From the NCBI GenBank assembly GCA_000004985.1, contig GG738856.1: 64,000 nucleotides of DNA. One strand, written 5' to 3'. This DNA is from Naegleria gruberi. Its lineage: Eukaryota. The stretch's first letter is position 1. Every line of letters starts with the position of its first letter. A program made the position numbers and the translations under genes. The notes beneath the pieces were generated by a model. It did not search any database, was not told the DNA's origin, and saw only the letters and a list, made by a program, of their open reading frames with translations. Of this stretch, positions 1 to 12,632 are shown in pieces.

Positions 1-164
1 ATATTTAATGGTTTCACAATTTTGTAAACTCTCTTCCATTTTCTAAAACAGTTCGAACTGTTATGGAACAGTTTACAATGTGCTTCAAATGAAATGAAAT
101 CAGACAGAGAAATTGGCAGCTGTAAGAAAGGATGGTGAATGATCCATTAATTTTATTAAATAGT

Positions 165-3100
165 TCATATCCAACTTTCATTAAGAGAATATCTTCCAAG
201 AGTTGAATAATTATCAGATATTGAATCAGTAATAGTTGATGATGTGAATTTAGATGTATCAAAAGGTCCAAGCGTATCACTGTAGCTTGATGTAGAGCTG
301 TTCAAATAGTCATCACTATCCTCATATCTCTTCTGAACATACGAGAATCCATTACTTGAATCTGATGTGTAAAAAGTGGACATGCTTTGTTCAGATGATA
401 GAAAGCTATCTTCGCTATCTGTTCCATCTGAAGACATGGACATTTTAAATGAAACCACTTTGCCAGTTATTGACCTTTTTAGCATTTCAAGTTTCAACAT
501 TTTTTCAATGTCGTTTTCATTAAGTGTTGCAAACACTTTATCTCTCTTCAATTCAACATAATCATACTTTTGTTCAGGTTGAACTGGTTCGTAAATAATC
601 TCTTCCTCTTCATAGAAGGATGATTGAGAATCTGAATATGTAACAGCTTCTGATGAAGAATAGTTAGAATTGGTCAAAGTAGATTTCTTAGGATTGGTAG
701 TAGAAGTAGTGGTTGTAAAACTAGTTTGAATATTCTGTGATTGGGTTTGCTTTGGTAATTGTGGAGCAATATGAAAGAAACTGGAAGGATTATACTGTAC
801 AAATAAATTCTTTGAATTTGTTTCGGTTGTTGTTGAAATGGTTATTGGTGGTGGTTCAGTTTGTACACCAGAAATGGATTTAGTAAATTCATTTGTTTGA
901 ACTGAGCTAGATTCTACTTTTGGAATTTCATTGAAAGTTTGTGTTGTAATGTTATATTGTTGAGCTTTTGTCTCTGTTGTTATTGAAATTGGAGTTATAG
1001 CCTCTGACATATTATCAGAGAGAATAAAGAACGTGGAATGGGGTAATCCCAGTTTTGGTTGAAAATCTTCAATGATAGGAGTTGTGGGTATTTTATCCAA
1101 ATGCTCCTCCTCTGTTTGTGTTTCAGTGGTTCCAAGTGAAGTAATTTTAGCAGTTTCCACAATTTTCAATTCCTTTTCCTTTGGTAAAATAATTTCCTTG
1201 TCTTTGGAAATATTGGCTTTGTGAGGAATAAACTCAATTTCTTTACATCCGTCATCAATAATTCTGTTTTTCACTAATGATCGATCATTCAATAAGAGTC
1301 TAAACACAAGTTCATAAATTTTCTCCAAATCAAATTCATCATAATCAATCTCAGTAAGTTCACGCACTGAATTGTGTAAGTCAAATATTGGTTGCTTTGA
1401 TTTGATATATTCAATTAAAAGGTCCTCTGTTATATTGTATATAATTTCATCATCACAGGATAAATCATTATTATAGCAAAATGAAAATAGTTCTGCACAC
1501 AATGCCCCTCCTTTAATGGACATAAACCTTTCATCATTTGTTACATGTAAATCTTCTCCTGAATCTTGTTGGCCTAATGAACTGTTCAAATAATCTCCAA
1601 TAATGTTCATGGAAATATGCTTAATTACTCTTTCTATCAAACAATTAGCATATTCTTCAAAGATTAAATCCATATTCTTTTGCTTTTTAACATAATTTGA
1701 CAAATAATGTTGACTTTTTTCATCTGTTTTGATTAATCTGTTAGAATAATGAGATGTAAAACAAATACCATCAAAATCTTCGCACTCATTAAGTTTTGGA
1801 ATTTGATGAGAAGATTTCTTTGGAAGCATTTCTCTAATTAATCTTTCCTTTTCAAACCTAGATAGTTCTTTTTCAACTTTCACATCAATACCATTTTGAA
1901 AGGACATTGCTGAACTGTCCTTTGTTGTCCAGCTCGCATTGTAACTTTCAATCTTTTCCTCCAATGAAATTTGAGCGTTGGAAGGTGGTACACTTATTGT
2001 GGAATTATCAGTAGAAGGTAATTCCGTTTGTATTTCAACCTCGTGAAGAGAAACATCTTTAGGAACTTCCGTTTGAACAGATTGGGCCTCCATTTTTGGC
2101 GTAGGTGCTGTAGGCTCAGCGGTTTGCTCATGAATTCTTGTTTCTGGTGTCATCTCCTTTAAGTTTTGGGGTTTTACAGTCTTTTTGTTCATTACTGAGA
2201 ATTTTAGTAAACTCTCAGAAAATCCTGGATACAACTTTAAAATTTCTTTGCTTGATAGATCAGTTTTTGATAGCACAATTGGTTTTGGTGGAAGGTTTTC
2301 AATTTTAACCTTTTCATCTATTGAAATTGAAAATTTTGGTTGCTCAATTAAAACAGTGTCGAGATTCAAGTTCTTCGAGAAATCTATAGATTTTCCAACT
2401 AGTTCATCAATTAAATATTTTTGCTCGTTTTGGTAAAAGTCTAAATTATCCATTGGCGAGCTATCATCCCACTTTTTAAAAATCATATATCAAAATTCAA
2501 ATAAATACTTACAGATGGATATTTGAAAATGGATGGATGTTTTTTTGACACTTCATTATGGATATCATCTATTGTTAGCTCAGCTGTTTTGGAATCTAAA
2601 TCAAACAAGGGTCTTCTTGTTTGTCTGTGGGTTCTCGAAGTACCTGTAAAAACCTTAAAATCCCTTTTAGAGTCATTTTTAAGTTGTGAAGTCTTCTTTT
2701 CAATCATTTCAAGCTTTTTACCTAGATCTTCAATTTGTTTCATTTGCTTGGACATGAGCGTTTGAGATTTCTTTTGATCTTCACTTAACTGTTTCCCAAA
2801 TCTAGAAGTAATATCCGATGTGACCTTCTGCAATTTGTCAAATTGTTTGTAAAATGTTTTTAAATCTAATCCCATCCGTGTCATTGAATTGTTTACAGTG
2901 TTAGTGACTTGACTAGCAGTTTTTACAAGAATATTGTCATACTCCTTTTCTTTTTGTTGTAACAGTTTTTCCAACATTTTTTGGAATGAGGAGAGTTTCA
3001 ACTCACTCTCCTTAACTGCATTTTCAATTTCATTTCTGAATGAAGAAATTCGTTCAATATTTTTTTCAGTAATTCTATTCTCTTTATCGAGTGGTCTATT

Positions 3101-3973
3101 CTCTTCAATCTTGACAGCGTATTCCCTTAGAGGCTCTTGAATTTCTTCTTGCTTTTTTAAATTTACATTATTATCCAATCTTCTTCCAACCACTTTTGAT
3201 TTTTCGGGTAGATCTTCTCTTTTTCTTTGTTTGTTTTGATTGATTTCTTGTTTCGGAAATTTGATATTCCTTTGTGAGTCTTTTTTTGGAGGTTCTTGCT
3301 CAATATCCTTTTTTTGAGGAGAGGCTTTGGCCATATAAGTATAAAGGGCTTCTGGTATCTTTAAATCCTTTTTTTCCTCTTCAACTTTTTTTGATTTTGG
3401 TAAATCGCTTATCATTCCATAATCTCTTTTCCTATGAAATTTCATATATTCCGTAAAATCCATATGAGTGGTTACTTTTGGAGGTGCAATTTCATATCCT
3501 CTTAAATTTTGAGAAATTGCTAAATTTTGTACTCCAGATTTTGCTAATGAATATAGATCTGGTCCGATAACAGGAACAAGATCATCCGTAACCTTAGTTG
3601 TTTCATCCTCTTGCTCAAATTTGACTTTGGGATGTGATGGAAGAGGAATAATATTTTGTGGTGGTGTGTTTTTGATTATTTGTACATCAGAAACAGTTGG
3701 TTTCTCTGTATCATTAGGGACATTATTTTCTACATTTTGGATAGGGTTGGCTGCCGTATATCCTCCACTAGTTCTCTTTAGGAATGGTTTGATTGGTTTT
3801 TGAAATTCGTCATTATCCGACTGTGAATCTATTGAAGAAATTGGTGAATAAATAGGTTTTTGGATTTTTTGTCTCTTATCAATAACGTTGATAGAATTTC
3901 TTAAGGAACCTCCTCCATGGGATGATGAAAGATCCGATATGGTCCAAGTATCGGAATCATCAAGAGAAGCCAT
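165..3973 (-). CDS. Large coiled-coil, Ser/Thr-rich protein of unknown function (~1255 aa). Two exons: 3973..2513 and 2471..165.
   Basis: Two long minus-strand ORFs overlap by 4 nt. They are joined in frame by a 41-nt intron (2512..2472) with GTAAGT donor and AAAAAG acceptor, giving ...KYPS|WDDSSPMD.... The N-terminal half is charged and heptad-like (coiled coil). The C-terminal half is S/T/Q-rich. No confident family assignment. Confidence 0.5.
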
Positions 3974-4405
3974 TTTTTTTTGATTCTAAAAAACTGTAAT
4001 ACAAAGTTATAAATAGTACTTCCTTAATAATTAGATTTTTTGACATGATAACAACTACTTTTGATCAGCTGTTAAAATTCAGCTGAATGGGATCTTTCAT
4101 TGAGGAACGAACTCTAGAATGTATCCACTAAATAATTACAAAATGATGAGTCACTGCAGGTTCAAAAAGAAATATTTCATCAACTACTACTAATATATCA
4201 GTACTAATATAAAAACTAAATTCACCAACTAAACTGAAGTAACAGATGAATCAAATGATAAAAATTAACACAAATATGTCAATATATTTAATTCTGAAAA
4301 AGGAAAAGATTATAATGGTAATTTCAGGAAATACTGTAAGCTAATAGAGTGAGACATTATCAAAAATCTCTTTATTCTAGCATGCTAGAATGGAAAAATT
4401 ACAAA

Positions 4406-5952
4406 TTAATCTCGCAAATTTAATGTTACATCTCTTCCTTGAACGAAAACTTTAGAAATATTTCTGTCATCTCCATTGAAAATAAATCTGCTAAAGTTTT
4501 CTTTAAGTTTCTTCTCTTCCATTTCATGGGCAGGAACACTTGTAAAAACATCACTGTACAAATCATTGAATGAATCGATACTTCCTTCTTTAACATCGAC
4601 ATCAATGATTAAGGCATCAAAGCTTTTACCTTCTACAAAGTTACCGACCTTGCTTTCGATATTCAAAGCTTCAGCACCTCCAACTGTGGCAATGTAGAAT
4701 GCTTCATCAATAGTAATTGGTACTGTATCTTCGGTTGCGTCTGTTTCATTTCTGATATGGTCAGTACTGGCAGAGGCAGTAGCAATAAGAGTATTTCTAA
4801 TAGAATTGAACATGGATGAAGAATATCCTCCAGAAATATCAGTACCCATACTAACTTTAACACCTCTATTAATTAATTTTCTGACATTCAACACACCGCT
4901 GCACAATGAAAAGTTGCTGAGTGGACAGTGGGCAATAGTCGATCTTCTTTCTTTGATCAATTCGATTTCTGAATCAGTCAAATAAACACCATGAGCCAAA
5001 ATTGTCTTTTCATTTAACAATCCAACCTTATCATAAACCTCTGCATAACTAGTATTGGAAGGGAAGAGTTCTGAAACCAATTTAACTTCTCCAGTATTTT
5101 CTGAAATGTGTGATTGAATTGGTACATCATTATATTCATTGTAAATTTCAGCCAAACCCTTCATCATTTCCTCAGAGCATGAAACTGCAAACTGTTCAAT
5201 AACAATCAATAATTTTCAGCTTGAATTCAAAATAACAATAACTTACTCTTGGTGTAAGAATTGGTTTGACCATATTGAAGTGTTTCATTTGTTCCATGAA
5301 TTTTCTCACATCATCAATACCTTGATGTGTTTCTTCACAATAATATTCAGGAGCAAATCTATCCATACTCACTTTTCCTACATCTATTAGTAGTAAATAA
5401 TATGCACATAAAAATCAACATGTGTTGATACTCCTTTAAATAACTGCTACTGATTAGATACTTACAAGCTCTCTGACCAATTTCTTCAATGATTTTAGCT
5501 AACAAAATTGTTGCGTCATTGTGAATTGTGCCAAAATAAACACTTGTTGTTGTTCCGTTCATCAAGGAACGACGAACGCATGAAGTGTAAACACGAATAG
5601 CAATTTGCAAATCTTTAAATTTACTTTCAACAGGGAATGTGTATGTATTTAACCATTCAAGGAGTGGCATATCTAGTCCGAGACCACAATTGAAATATTG
5701 TGGAGCATGAGCGTGAGTATCAATCATACCTGGAATAACAATTTGAGAAGGTTTCAAGGTAATTCTGTCATATTCCTTCCATTGCGTTTCCAACAATGCG
5801 GAGTCATCATTTTGCTTCATATCCAACACTCTTTCAATTGTACCATCATTTCCAACAATAATTGCTCCTTTTGAACAATAACGCAAGCATTTTGCTGAAA
5901 GCTTGTCCAATGCATGAACAAATGGTCCAATCACAATCAATCCTTTTTTCAT
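4406..5952 (-). CDS. Guanine deaminase (amidohydrolase superfamily). Three exons: 5952..5466, 5383..5247, 5191..4406.
   Basis: HxH metal motif (IDTHAHAPQY). Colinear with animal/fungal guanine deaminase through 'QRA|YVGKVSMD...VKPILTPR|FAVSCSEEMMKG...HISE...AHCPLSN...GTD'. Introns are 82 nt (GTAAGT..AATAG) and 55 nt (GTAAGT..GAACAG). Phases are consistent (1, 0). Confidence 0.85.
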
Positions 5953-6128
5953 TTTTTTCTATTATTCTAAAACTTTGCCACTGCCATTCTGGGGTCGCGT
6001 ATTTTCTTCAAGCAGGAGAGATCTGTAAATTTGCGCCACATCATTTGTGGAGTTGGGGAAAAGGTCCATGAGGTAAATTGTATTAGCTGTTTCTTCTTGT
6101 ATGTGTGGTGTTGTTTTCTCTTAATGAT

Positions 6129-6791
6129 TTAAAAATCATAATTGTGGTGGTCTTCGTTGTGGTTTTCCTTGGAGAGTTGAATATAGGTTCTCTCAGCAAG
6201 CTCAGTAGCATCAGTATAGTGTTTGTAAGGTTCCAAATCACTTACTACGGAAATTGAATCACCTGACCATTTGCCAACCTTGTCTTGAATGCAGGAAATC
6301 ATGGCATTGAGGGCTCCTGGAAGTGGTGCACGGAATTTGGATCTAGAAATGTACTGCTTTTTGGTGTGATTGAGCAAGTACTTTCCTTCATCAAAGTAAA
6401 TAGCAGGTGCGTGCACTTTAATGCCCTTCATTCTCTTCTTTAAAAACTCGAATGGAGAACCGTCTTCCTTCAACAAACTTTTCAACTCTTGTTCTACCTT
6501 GCCAGCTTCCTTCTCCAATTCTACAGGATCGAGAGGTGTTGTAGCTGCTCTCTTCTTTCCAGACTTGAAACTTTGAACAAGACCAGGAATAACTAACTTT
6601 CCAGCGATATCATCATCAGCATATTCTCCAACAATTGCCAAACGATCACCCTTCCAATCACCTCCATTTTCTAACAATTCCATAATATCACTCACGTGCA
6701 TACCTTGATAAGAGATTGGATCCACAGATCTTCCTAAAGTTTTACAGCACAAGCCCTTTGAAAAGTTGACAAAAACAAAATGTTGAACCAT
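6129..6791 (-). CDS. Hypothetical protein (220 aa)
   Basis: Uninterrupted ORF with compositional bias typical of the coding regions here. No recognisable domain by eye. Confidence 0.35.
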   Translation of the reverse strand: MVQHFVFVNFSKGLCCKTLGRSVDPISYQGMHVSDIMELLENGGDWKGDRLAIVGEYADDDIAGKLVIPGLVQSFKSGKKRAATTPLDPVELEKEAGKVEQELKSLLKEDGSPFEFLKKRMKGIKVHAPAIYFDEGKYLLNHTKKQYISRSKFRAPLPGALNAMISCIQDKVGKWSGDSISVVSDLEPYKHYTDATELAERTYIQLSKENHNEDHHNYDF

Positions 6792-7786
6792 CTTGGATAA
6801 TTTCTAATTATTTGCTTCTTGAATAGTGTAATAACGTTATTAAATATTACTTGTATACAATGTGATCAATCGGAATGAATATTCTTCCTTCAATAAATTT
6901 CTTCTTCTTCGGTAATTAATAGTGATACAATTCAACAATTTTTCTACCGAATATTCTTCAGTACTGTTGTTTTGAAATAAAGTAGTTTAAATGGACTCTA
7001 GTACTCTATTGATGCTCTCGAATCACACAATAAGAAGGATAAATTTATACCAAATGTATTGTTGTTGTGTATTGGCTCAAGTTTTCAGTAAACTTTTTTT
7101 TAAATGGAAATTTCGCTGAGTTTTATTGAGGTTGGTACCAATACGCCAAATTGTTCACTCCTTCAAACAAAATAAGTCTTTTCGATTGTCTATCTCCCGC
7201 CCAACAACAGAATTGTTTACCTTCATTCAACATTGTGTTGGTTTTGCCTTGGTGCCACAATGCATAGTGAACCGAAAGTGTTTTGCCCAAAAACGCACCA
7301 TATTTTGGATTTGGCTGTAATGAAACTTGTGGACTGTGAAGGTACGGGTTGAATACTTAATGTGCATAGGAGTTGGAGATTACAATGAAAAATACTACCT
7401 CGTGAAATTAGCGCAGTGAGTGGAAGTGCACGGACTTGAAAACACAGGATAATTAGAAGGATAATAAGTCAATCAAAACTTGCTTAAATGTCCACTGTAG
7501 AATGTAATAGAAAGATGCTAAGGAATTAAGATGGTCATTGTCTAAATTTATCAAAATTTAAGCAATTTTTTGATTCAATATTGAATATTTAGAGTAAATC
7601 AACACACTTCTTCGCGTTTTATTGGAAATGAAACATTTTTGAGCTAATTGCAACTTTACAGCTTTTAACCCAGTGTGAGATATAATATCTACCTTTGAGA
7701 GATATTAATCTCTACTACCTTCACGTCGCAAGAACTTCAAAGTATTTCTAATCAAAAAAAACAAATCACCTTATCAACACCAAGCA

Positions 7787-8227
7787 ATGTACTCTGAAGA
7801 ATCACTCGATAGGAATACACCTCTAGCAGCTTGTTCTCTTGCCTTTAAGGTACAATTTAATCTGCAGAAAGATAAAGGTGTGGAGAATATTATTCGTCTC
7901 TCCACAAGAGGTCCTTCCACCATTAAGGTTGTTAAAGATTTACAAATAGAAATTGTTTCGGAGGAAATTGAGAGAGCCCTGAGAAAGCTATGTTATGAAG
8001 CTACTATTAGTATTCATCATCGTGGTGTCATTGAAGAGTTGGAGAGAAATGAGAATGGAAAGGTGAAAAGATTTAAAGCTGTGATGAGCACATTCACTTT
8101 GGGAGGTGGTTTTGTTGAGGTTGATTTGGAGAAGGGAAGTGTTTTGGTGACTGTGAATGGATTATTGAGTGATAGATCTGTATTTGAAGTGATTGAAGGT
8201 GAAATTATTGAAACATTGTGTTGTTGA
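7787..8227 (+). CDS. Hypothetical small protein (146 aa) ending in -CC
   Basis: ORF with ATG start preceded by an A-rich leader. The C-terminal di-cysteine could be a lipidation site. No family recognised. Confidence 0.35.
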   Translation: MYSEESLDRNTPLAACSLAFKVQFNLQKDKGVENIIRLSTRGPSTIKVVKDLQIEIVSEEIERALRKLCYEATISIHHRGVIEELERNENGKVKRFKAVMSTFTLGGGFVEVDLEKGSVLVTVNGLLSDRSVFEVIEGEIIETLCC

Positions 8228-8316
8228 GAAATAATACCAACCCAAACTCAAACTCATTTAATAATATAAAACATTGATGATCCAAATTTAGTTCCTTAGA
8301 AATTGTAAACTTGACT

Positions 8317-9063
8317 TTAATAACTCCATTTGAAATATCCTCCAAAATATTTAGCAATAGATTTCATCAATTGGTGATACTTTTCATCAAATCTCTTCAA
8401 AAATAAAATTGTATTCACAACAGGAGATTCTTTTGGATTAAAAGCTGGTAAAATCTCAATAACATGTTCTCTATTTTCAACTCCATCAGTCATGAGATAG
8501 ATGGCAGTTTCATTTCTTGGATTTGATTTAAATAGAGTCAATGCGCTTCTCAATCCAAATTTAATATCAGTATGTCCATCAATACTTTTCCAGCCAGTGT
8601 GTTGTTTCAACCAATTAATTGCTGAGAGAGCTCCTTTACTTTTTCCATCAGTTACAATTGGTCCAAATGTTGAAACGATTGGTCTGACTTTGTCACTAAA
8701 CAATTGAATGTAAATCACTTGATTAGTTTTAAATTGATCCATTTCTAATAATGCATTTTCAATTGTACGAATCACCAAATCGATTCTTCTTGTTGGTGGA
8801 CTAAAGAATACTAATTCATTCATGGATGCAGAAATATCAATGGAAAAGAGGACATTCTTAGCAGTGGGATGACAAAGTGATTTTTCGTATCTTTCTTCAA
8901 ATAAACATCCTGGATTTGGAGAATCAGATAATTGTTCAAATGTTTCGATGGAAAGTTTATCTGCCAAATCGTCAAATAAATCGTATTTTTCAATACTTCT
9001 TGATGAGCAGGTGATGAAGGCGGTGAGGAGAAGCACCACGAGAATGGTGGTAAATTGACGCAT
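8317..9063 (-). CDS. Secreted von Willebrand factor A (vWA) domain protein
   Basis: N-terminal signal peptide (MRQFTTILVVLLLTAFITCSS). MIDAS-like DxSxS motif (FSIDISASMN) followed by an alpha/beta-type sequence. Confidence 0.6.
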   Translation of the reverse strand: MRQFTTILVVLLLTAFITCSSRSIEKYDLFDDLADKLSIETFEQLSDSPNPGCLFEERYEKSLCHPTAKNVLFSIDISASMNELVFFSPPTRRIDLVIRTIENALLEMDQFKTNQVIYIQLFSDKVRPIVSTFGPIVTDGKSKGALSAINWLKQHTGWKSIDGHTDIKFGLRSALTLFKSNPRNETAIYLMTDGVENREHVIEILPAFNPKESPVVNTILFLKRFDEKYHQLMKSIAKYFGGYFKWSY

Positions 9064-9303
9064 TTTTTTTGTATTGGAAAGAACTTGAATAACAAGTTTA
9101 AACTAGAAGTATCATTACAACACATATTGCATCTCGATTGACTTGAAACTCTTATAAAAAGCTATTGAATAACATGTAAACTTTAAATGATTTGTTTTTT
9201 AAATATTAAAATGAAACAAATTGGTAGCCCGTCGGAAATTTGTGATCTTGAGCCTCAATTAAAAAAAAAGAAAATTGAAAGGCTTGATGATGAATGAGTT
9301 CGG

Positions 9304-10908
9304 TTGGTGTTTCTTGATGGCTTGGAAAAACATTACACTCATTCATTACTTCGGAATAAACTTTGTACTCCAACAGCACTTTGTTTAAAAGGAGCAAAGC
9401 TGCTCTGTCTGAGGGAGTATGAATTGGAGCATGGTATTGGTAGGAATGTCGAAATTTATCACAAAAAACGATGGATTATTTCATATTTTGATAGGGAATT
9501 CCGAGTTTTTGATCTTGATACTGGAAAATGTCTTTACAGGATTGCCTGTACTGGAGTTTGCACATGTATGTGTATTGTTGAGAGTGAGGATAATTCAAAG
9601 GATGTAATGTATTTGTTTCACTCTAACAATTGTCACTTACTGAAAGTTGAGCTCGATGCCGACAATAATTTTCCAATTTTACAGGAAACAGAAACGAAAA
9701 TTATTTTTGGAATTACATTCAACAAATCTAAAAACGAGGTTATAGTTTTAGGACAAGATAGAGTTGTAGTGTATGATGGAGACAACTTGCTTTTCAAATA
9801 TGAACAATTATACATGGAACCAACCTTGGCCATTCATTATGATCACAGTACTGACGAATTATGTACCTTTTCATTTGAAAGCAATAATTATTACTTGAGG
9901 AAGTATTATGGAAACTCACTTGGGTTTTCCAAATGTCATGAAATTGTTTCTTTTGAAATTGGTGATGTAGAACCAATATTTGGCTGGAAACCCCATAATT
10001 TCTTGGTTTTTTACAGTAATACCGACCATGAGTTACTATTGTGTGATAGCTCAAATTTCTCATTGGTAGCAAAAGTAGATGGATATAAATTGGATAGCTT
10101 AGCTTTTGACAGAGTAACAAATACTATATTTTCATTCAGTCATAACAAAGTTTCTCAATTAGAACTGCTACTAGAAACCTTCGTATATGATATGCCTTTG
10201 AGTAGAGAAATTTATGGAAATCTATTTTGTCTTCAATCAAAGTTCCCAAAAACATTCTTTATTTCAAATGATGTTCCCTTGGTAGTGAGTTATCTCAGGA
10301 ATATCAGATTGCCAAGGTTACACAAATTTAAACATAAGGAATTTAGGGACGAGTCAGTAATTTCTGAGATTTATGATATGAACACTGAAGAGGTTATTAA
10401 AATAAGAGCGGATTCGAGTGTATATGACTTGGTTAAGTTTTCACCTTTCGAATTTAGAAGCAAAAATCTACATTACAAATACTTTAAAAGGTTTCCTAAT
10501 GACAAGATGTTTGTGATAGGGACTAACTTTGATGATACCTTTTACATCGCTGTTTTACTTTCAGAATTGAAAGAGTATGGGCAGTGGCTTGACGATTTTC
10601 CGATCCATATTGTTTCACGTAAGGACGAATCAGTTGTAAAATGCAAGCTTTCTGATTTTATTAAAACTTTAAAAACAGAGATCTATGTCATGCTCCATTA
10701 TCCAGACAGAGACGAAGGATCAACAGGGTACGAGTTCAAGATCAACACAGAAAAGCTTTATTTCAAACTGGGTAAAGAGGGTTGCATGGACCCAGAGACT
10801 GGAAAGCTTAATTCTAACATGTTATCAGAAAGCTATCGCAATATAGTTATTCATTCAGGCTTTGAAACCATACTGAGGATTGCTAAAATTCATTTAAAAG
10901 ACCAATGA
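9304..10908 (+). CDS. Hypothetical protein, possibly beta-propeller-like (~530 aa). The 5' end is uncertain.
   Basis: Long ORF, but the first in-frame ATG is far downstream of the ORF start, so a 5' exon may be missing. Repetitive hydrophobic/aromatic beta-strand-like segments. No confident family. Confidence 0.4.
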   Translation: MVFLDGLEKHYTHSLLRNKLCTPTALCLKGAKLLCLREYELEHGIGRNVEIYHKKRWIISYFDREFRVFDLDTGKCLYRIACTGVCTCMCIVESEDNSKDVMYLFHSNNCHLLKVELDADNNFPILQETETKIIFGITFNKSKNEVIVLGQDRVVVYDGDNLLFKYEQLYMEPTLAIHYDHSTDELCTFSFESNNYYLRKYYGNSLGFSKCHEIVSFEIGDVEPIFGWKPHNFLVFYSNTDHELLLCDSSNFSLVAKVDGYKLDSLAFDRVTNTIFSFSHNKVSQLELLLETFVYDMPLSREIYGNLFCLQSKFPKTFFISNDVPLVVSYLRNIRLPRLHKFKHKEFRDESVISEIYDMNTEEVIKIRADSSVYDLVKFSPFEFRSKNLHYKYFKRFPNDKMFVIGTNFDDTFYIAVLLSELKEYGQWLDDFPIHIVSRKDESVVKCKLSDFIKTLKTEIYVMLHYPDRDEGSTGYEFKINTEKLYFKLGKEGCMDPETGKLNSNMLSESYRNIVIHSGFETILRIAKIHLKDQ

Positions 10909-11251
10909 TCCATATTCATGGTTACAATTATTTATTGGCTGATCTGGTGACGCTTGCCTTTGGCAGACAGTTGTTTAGTTTTACTGATGAAGATTTTGAT
11001 TATGGAGATAGTATTTTTGAATGTTAATGCTTTGACTTATGAACAAAATGAGCTATGTGAAAACCTTACATCCTATTAATTCTTTCTTTGAATTTTTCAT
11101 ATTCAGACCCAATCTTTCTTTGGGTGTTTCAATGTTAATTGTTCTCTAAATTCAAACAATGGAAGATGATTCAATACATGATTGAAGACATTTAATAGTA
11201 AAAAGGTGTGACTGTGAACTCAATTTTTGACTCAACTTTGAGAAAACTATT

Positions 11252-12572
11252 TCAGTTGTGGAAAGAAGAGTAACATTCAATTGTTGTTGCGAGTTGCTCT
11301 CTGGCTTCGTAGAACCCATCTTCTTCAAAACCACCATCTCCCACAATCCAGTGAACGAAAGCTCTCTTACTATACATCAAATCAAATTGTTTCAGAAGGT
11401 TTTCAAGATAGCTTGTGATAGAGGTAGTATTGTTGGCAATGTGCATTACATTTGAAAAGTTGAAAGACTCTGGGTAGACATTCTCTGGCCCCTTGTTTGA
11501 TATTTGATATTGGGCTTTTTCTGTCTCATTTGAAAATTTCCAATCAGTTTTGAGTTTTTCTGAAAGTAAGCTTGTGTGATTCTTTGAAAAATCGCCTCTC
11601 ATTGCTATATTCATTGCTATGGTAACACCATTATTGGCCATATTCATTGAGGTATTTCTTGAAAAGATATCCTTTATGCTCAATTCAGTCATGGATGTAT
11701 CTTGCAAGTTTACAAAACTATTGCATATTATGTTGGCATTATATGAAATAGGAAGAGTTTCACACACATCACGTAAACTTCCTTCATTTGAATCTAATCT
11801 GAGATGTTAATGTTGAAATGTTTTGTGAAATCAGATGGTTCATTTCCTTAAAGTTTGGATTCTTTATACCACTCTCCACGCACGCATTTGATAGAGCATA
11901 ATTATCATACGAAAATATAGATTGTACATTATCATGAATATAATGCAAGGCAATAACTGCATTGTATGGCTCCAATATTGATGTAGAATAGGTTTCCGTT
12001 GGAAAAATTGAAAAGCATGACTTGATCATAGTGTCAACAATATCGTGCCCATATTTACTTACCATTGGAAGTTGAAATTCATGGGCCAAATCATAGATAA
12101 GAGAAGAGGTCGATCCAGATCCAGTTCCTCCACCAAGAGAATGAGTAACCAGTACAGTCCCCATCGAATCACAATTTTCCACCATTTTCCTCACTCTCTC
12201 CTTAACATAGTCCCACATTTCTCCACTCATGATGTGATATCCTTTTCCAAAATTTGATGAAGCATCATAATCTGCATAATCAATAGGGGAAACTATATTT
12301 TCTTCCTTAAATTGAGATTGAGATCTTGATGATGCCTTGGTCAGTCTCTGTATTTGTGAGTCTGTATCAAAGAATAAACATCGAGCATGATAAACATTCT
12401 CCATTCTGATAGACTCATCATATAAACATGATAGATTATTAATGCTATTGTTTTGTTGGCCAGGGTCAAGGGAACAAGAAGGTAATTTGTGTTCTTTGGC
12501 AAATAAATTCCAAAGATCAATTCCGATCTCACACCCACAATTGCCAAAATGAAGAAAGATCAATTCTTTCAT
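11252..12572 (-). CDS. Divergent tubulin-family protein, most similar to epsilon-tubulin. The reading frame is broken near 11765-11790.
   Basis: N-terminal MKELIFLHFGNCGCEIG (cf. GQCGNQIG). Tubulin signatures GGGTGSG and KRAFVHW. 'LISQNISTLTSQIRF' and 'DSNEGSL' match epsilon-tubulin 'SARFEGSLNMDL'. The N- and C-terminal halves lie in different frames, switching within about 20 nt, with no room for an intron. Confidence 0.6.
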
Positions 12573-12632
12573 TTTTTTTAATATAATTGATAATTCAATT
12601 TTAATACTACTATTATGTTAACATTTACAATT

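Noticed and set aside
376-3803. Multiple 60–110-aa ORFs on the opposite strand of the first gene (e.g. 376..561, 2185..2436, 2523..2765, 3621..3803)
   Set aside because: They are antisense to a long, well-supported coding frame, low-complexity, and lack starts in context. They are typical shadow ORFs.
7330-7450. Relatively GC-rich ~120-nt island in the long intergenic region 6792..7786, considered as a possible snRNA or other ncRNA
   Set aside because: No convincing match to U1/U2/U4/U5/U6 consensus cores, Sm sites or box C/D/H/ACA motifs by eye. It may simply be promoter sequence, and it cannot be supported without covariance-model searches.
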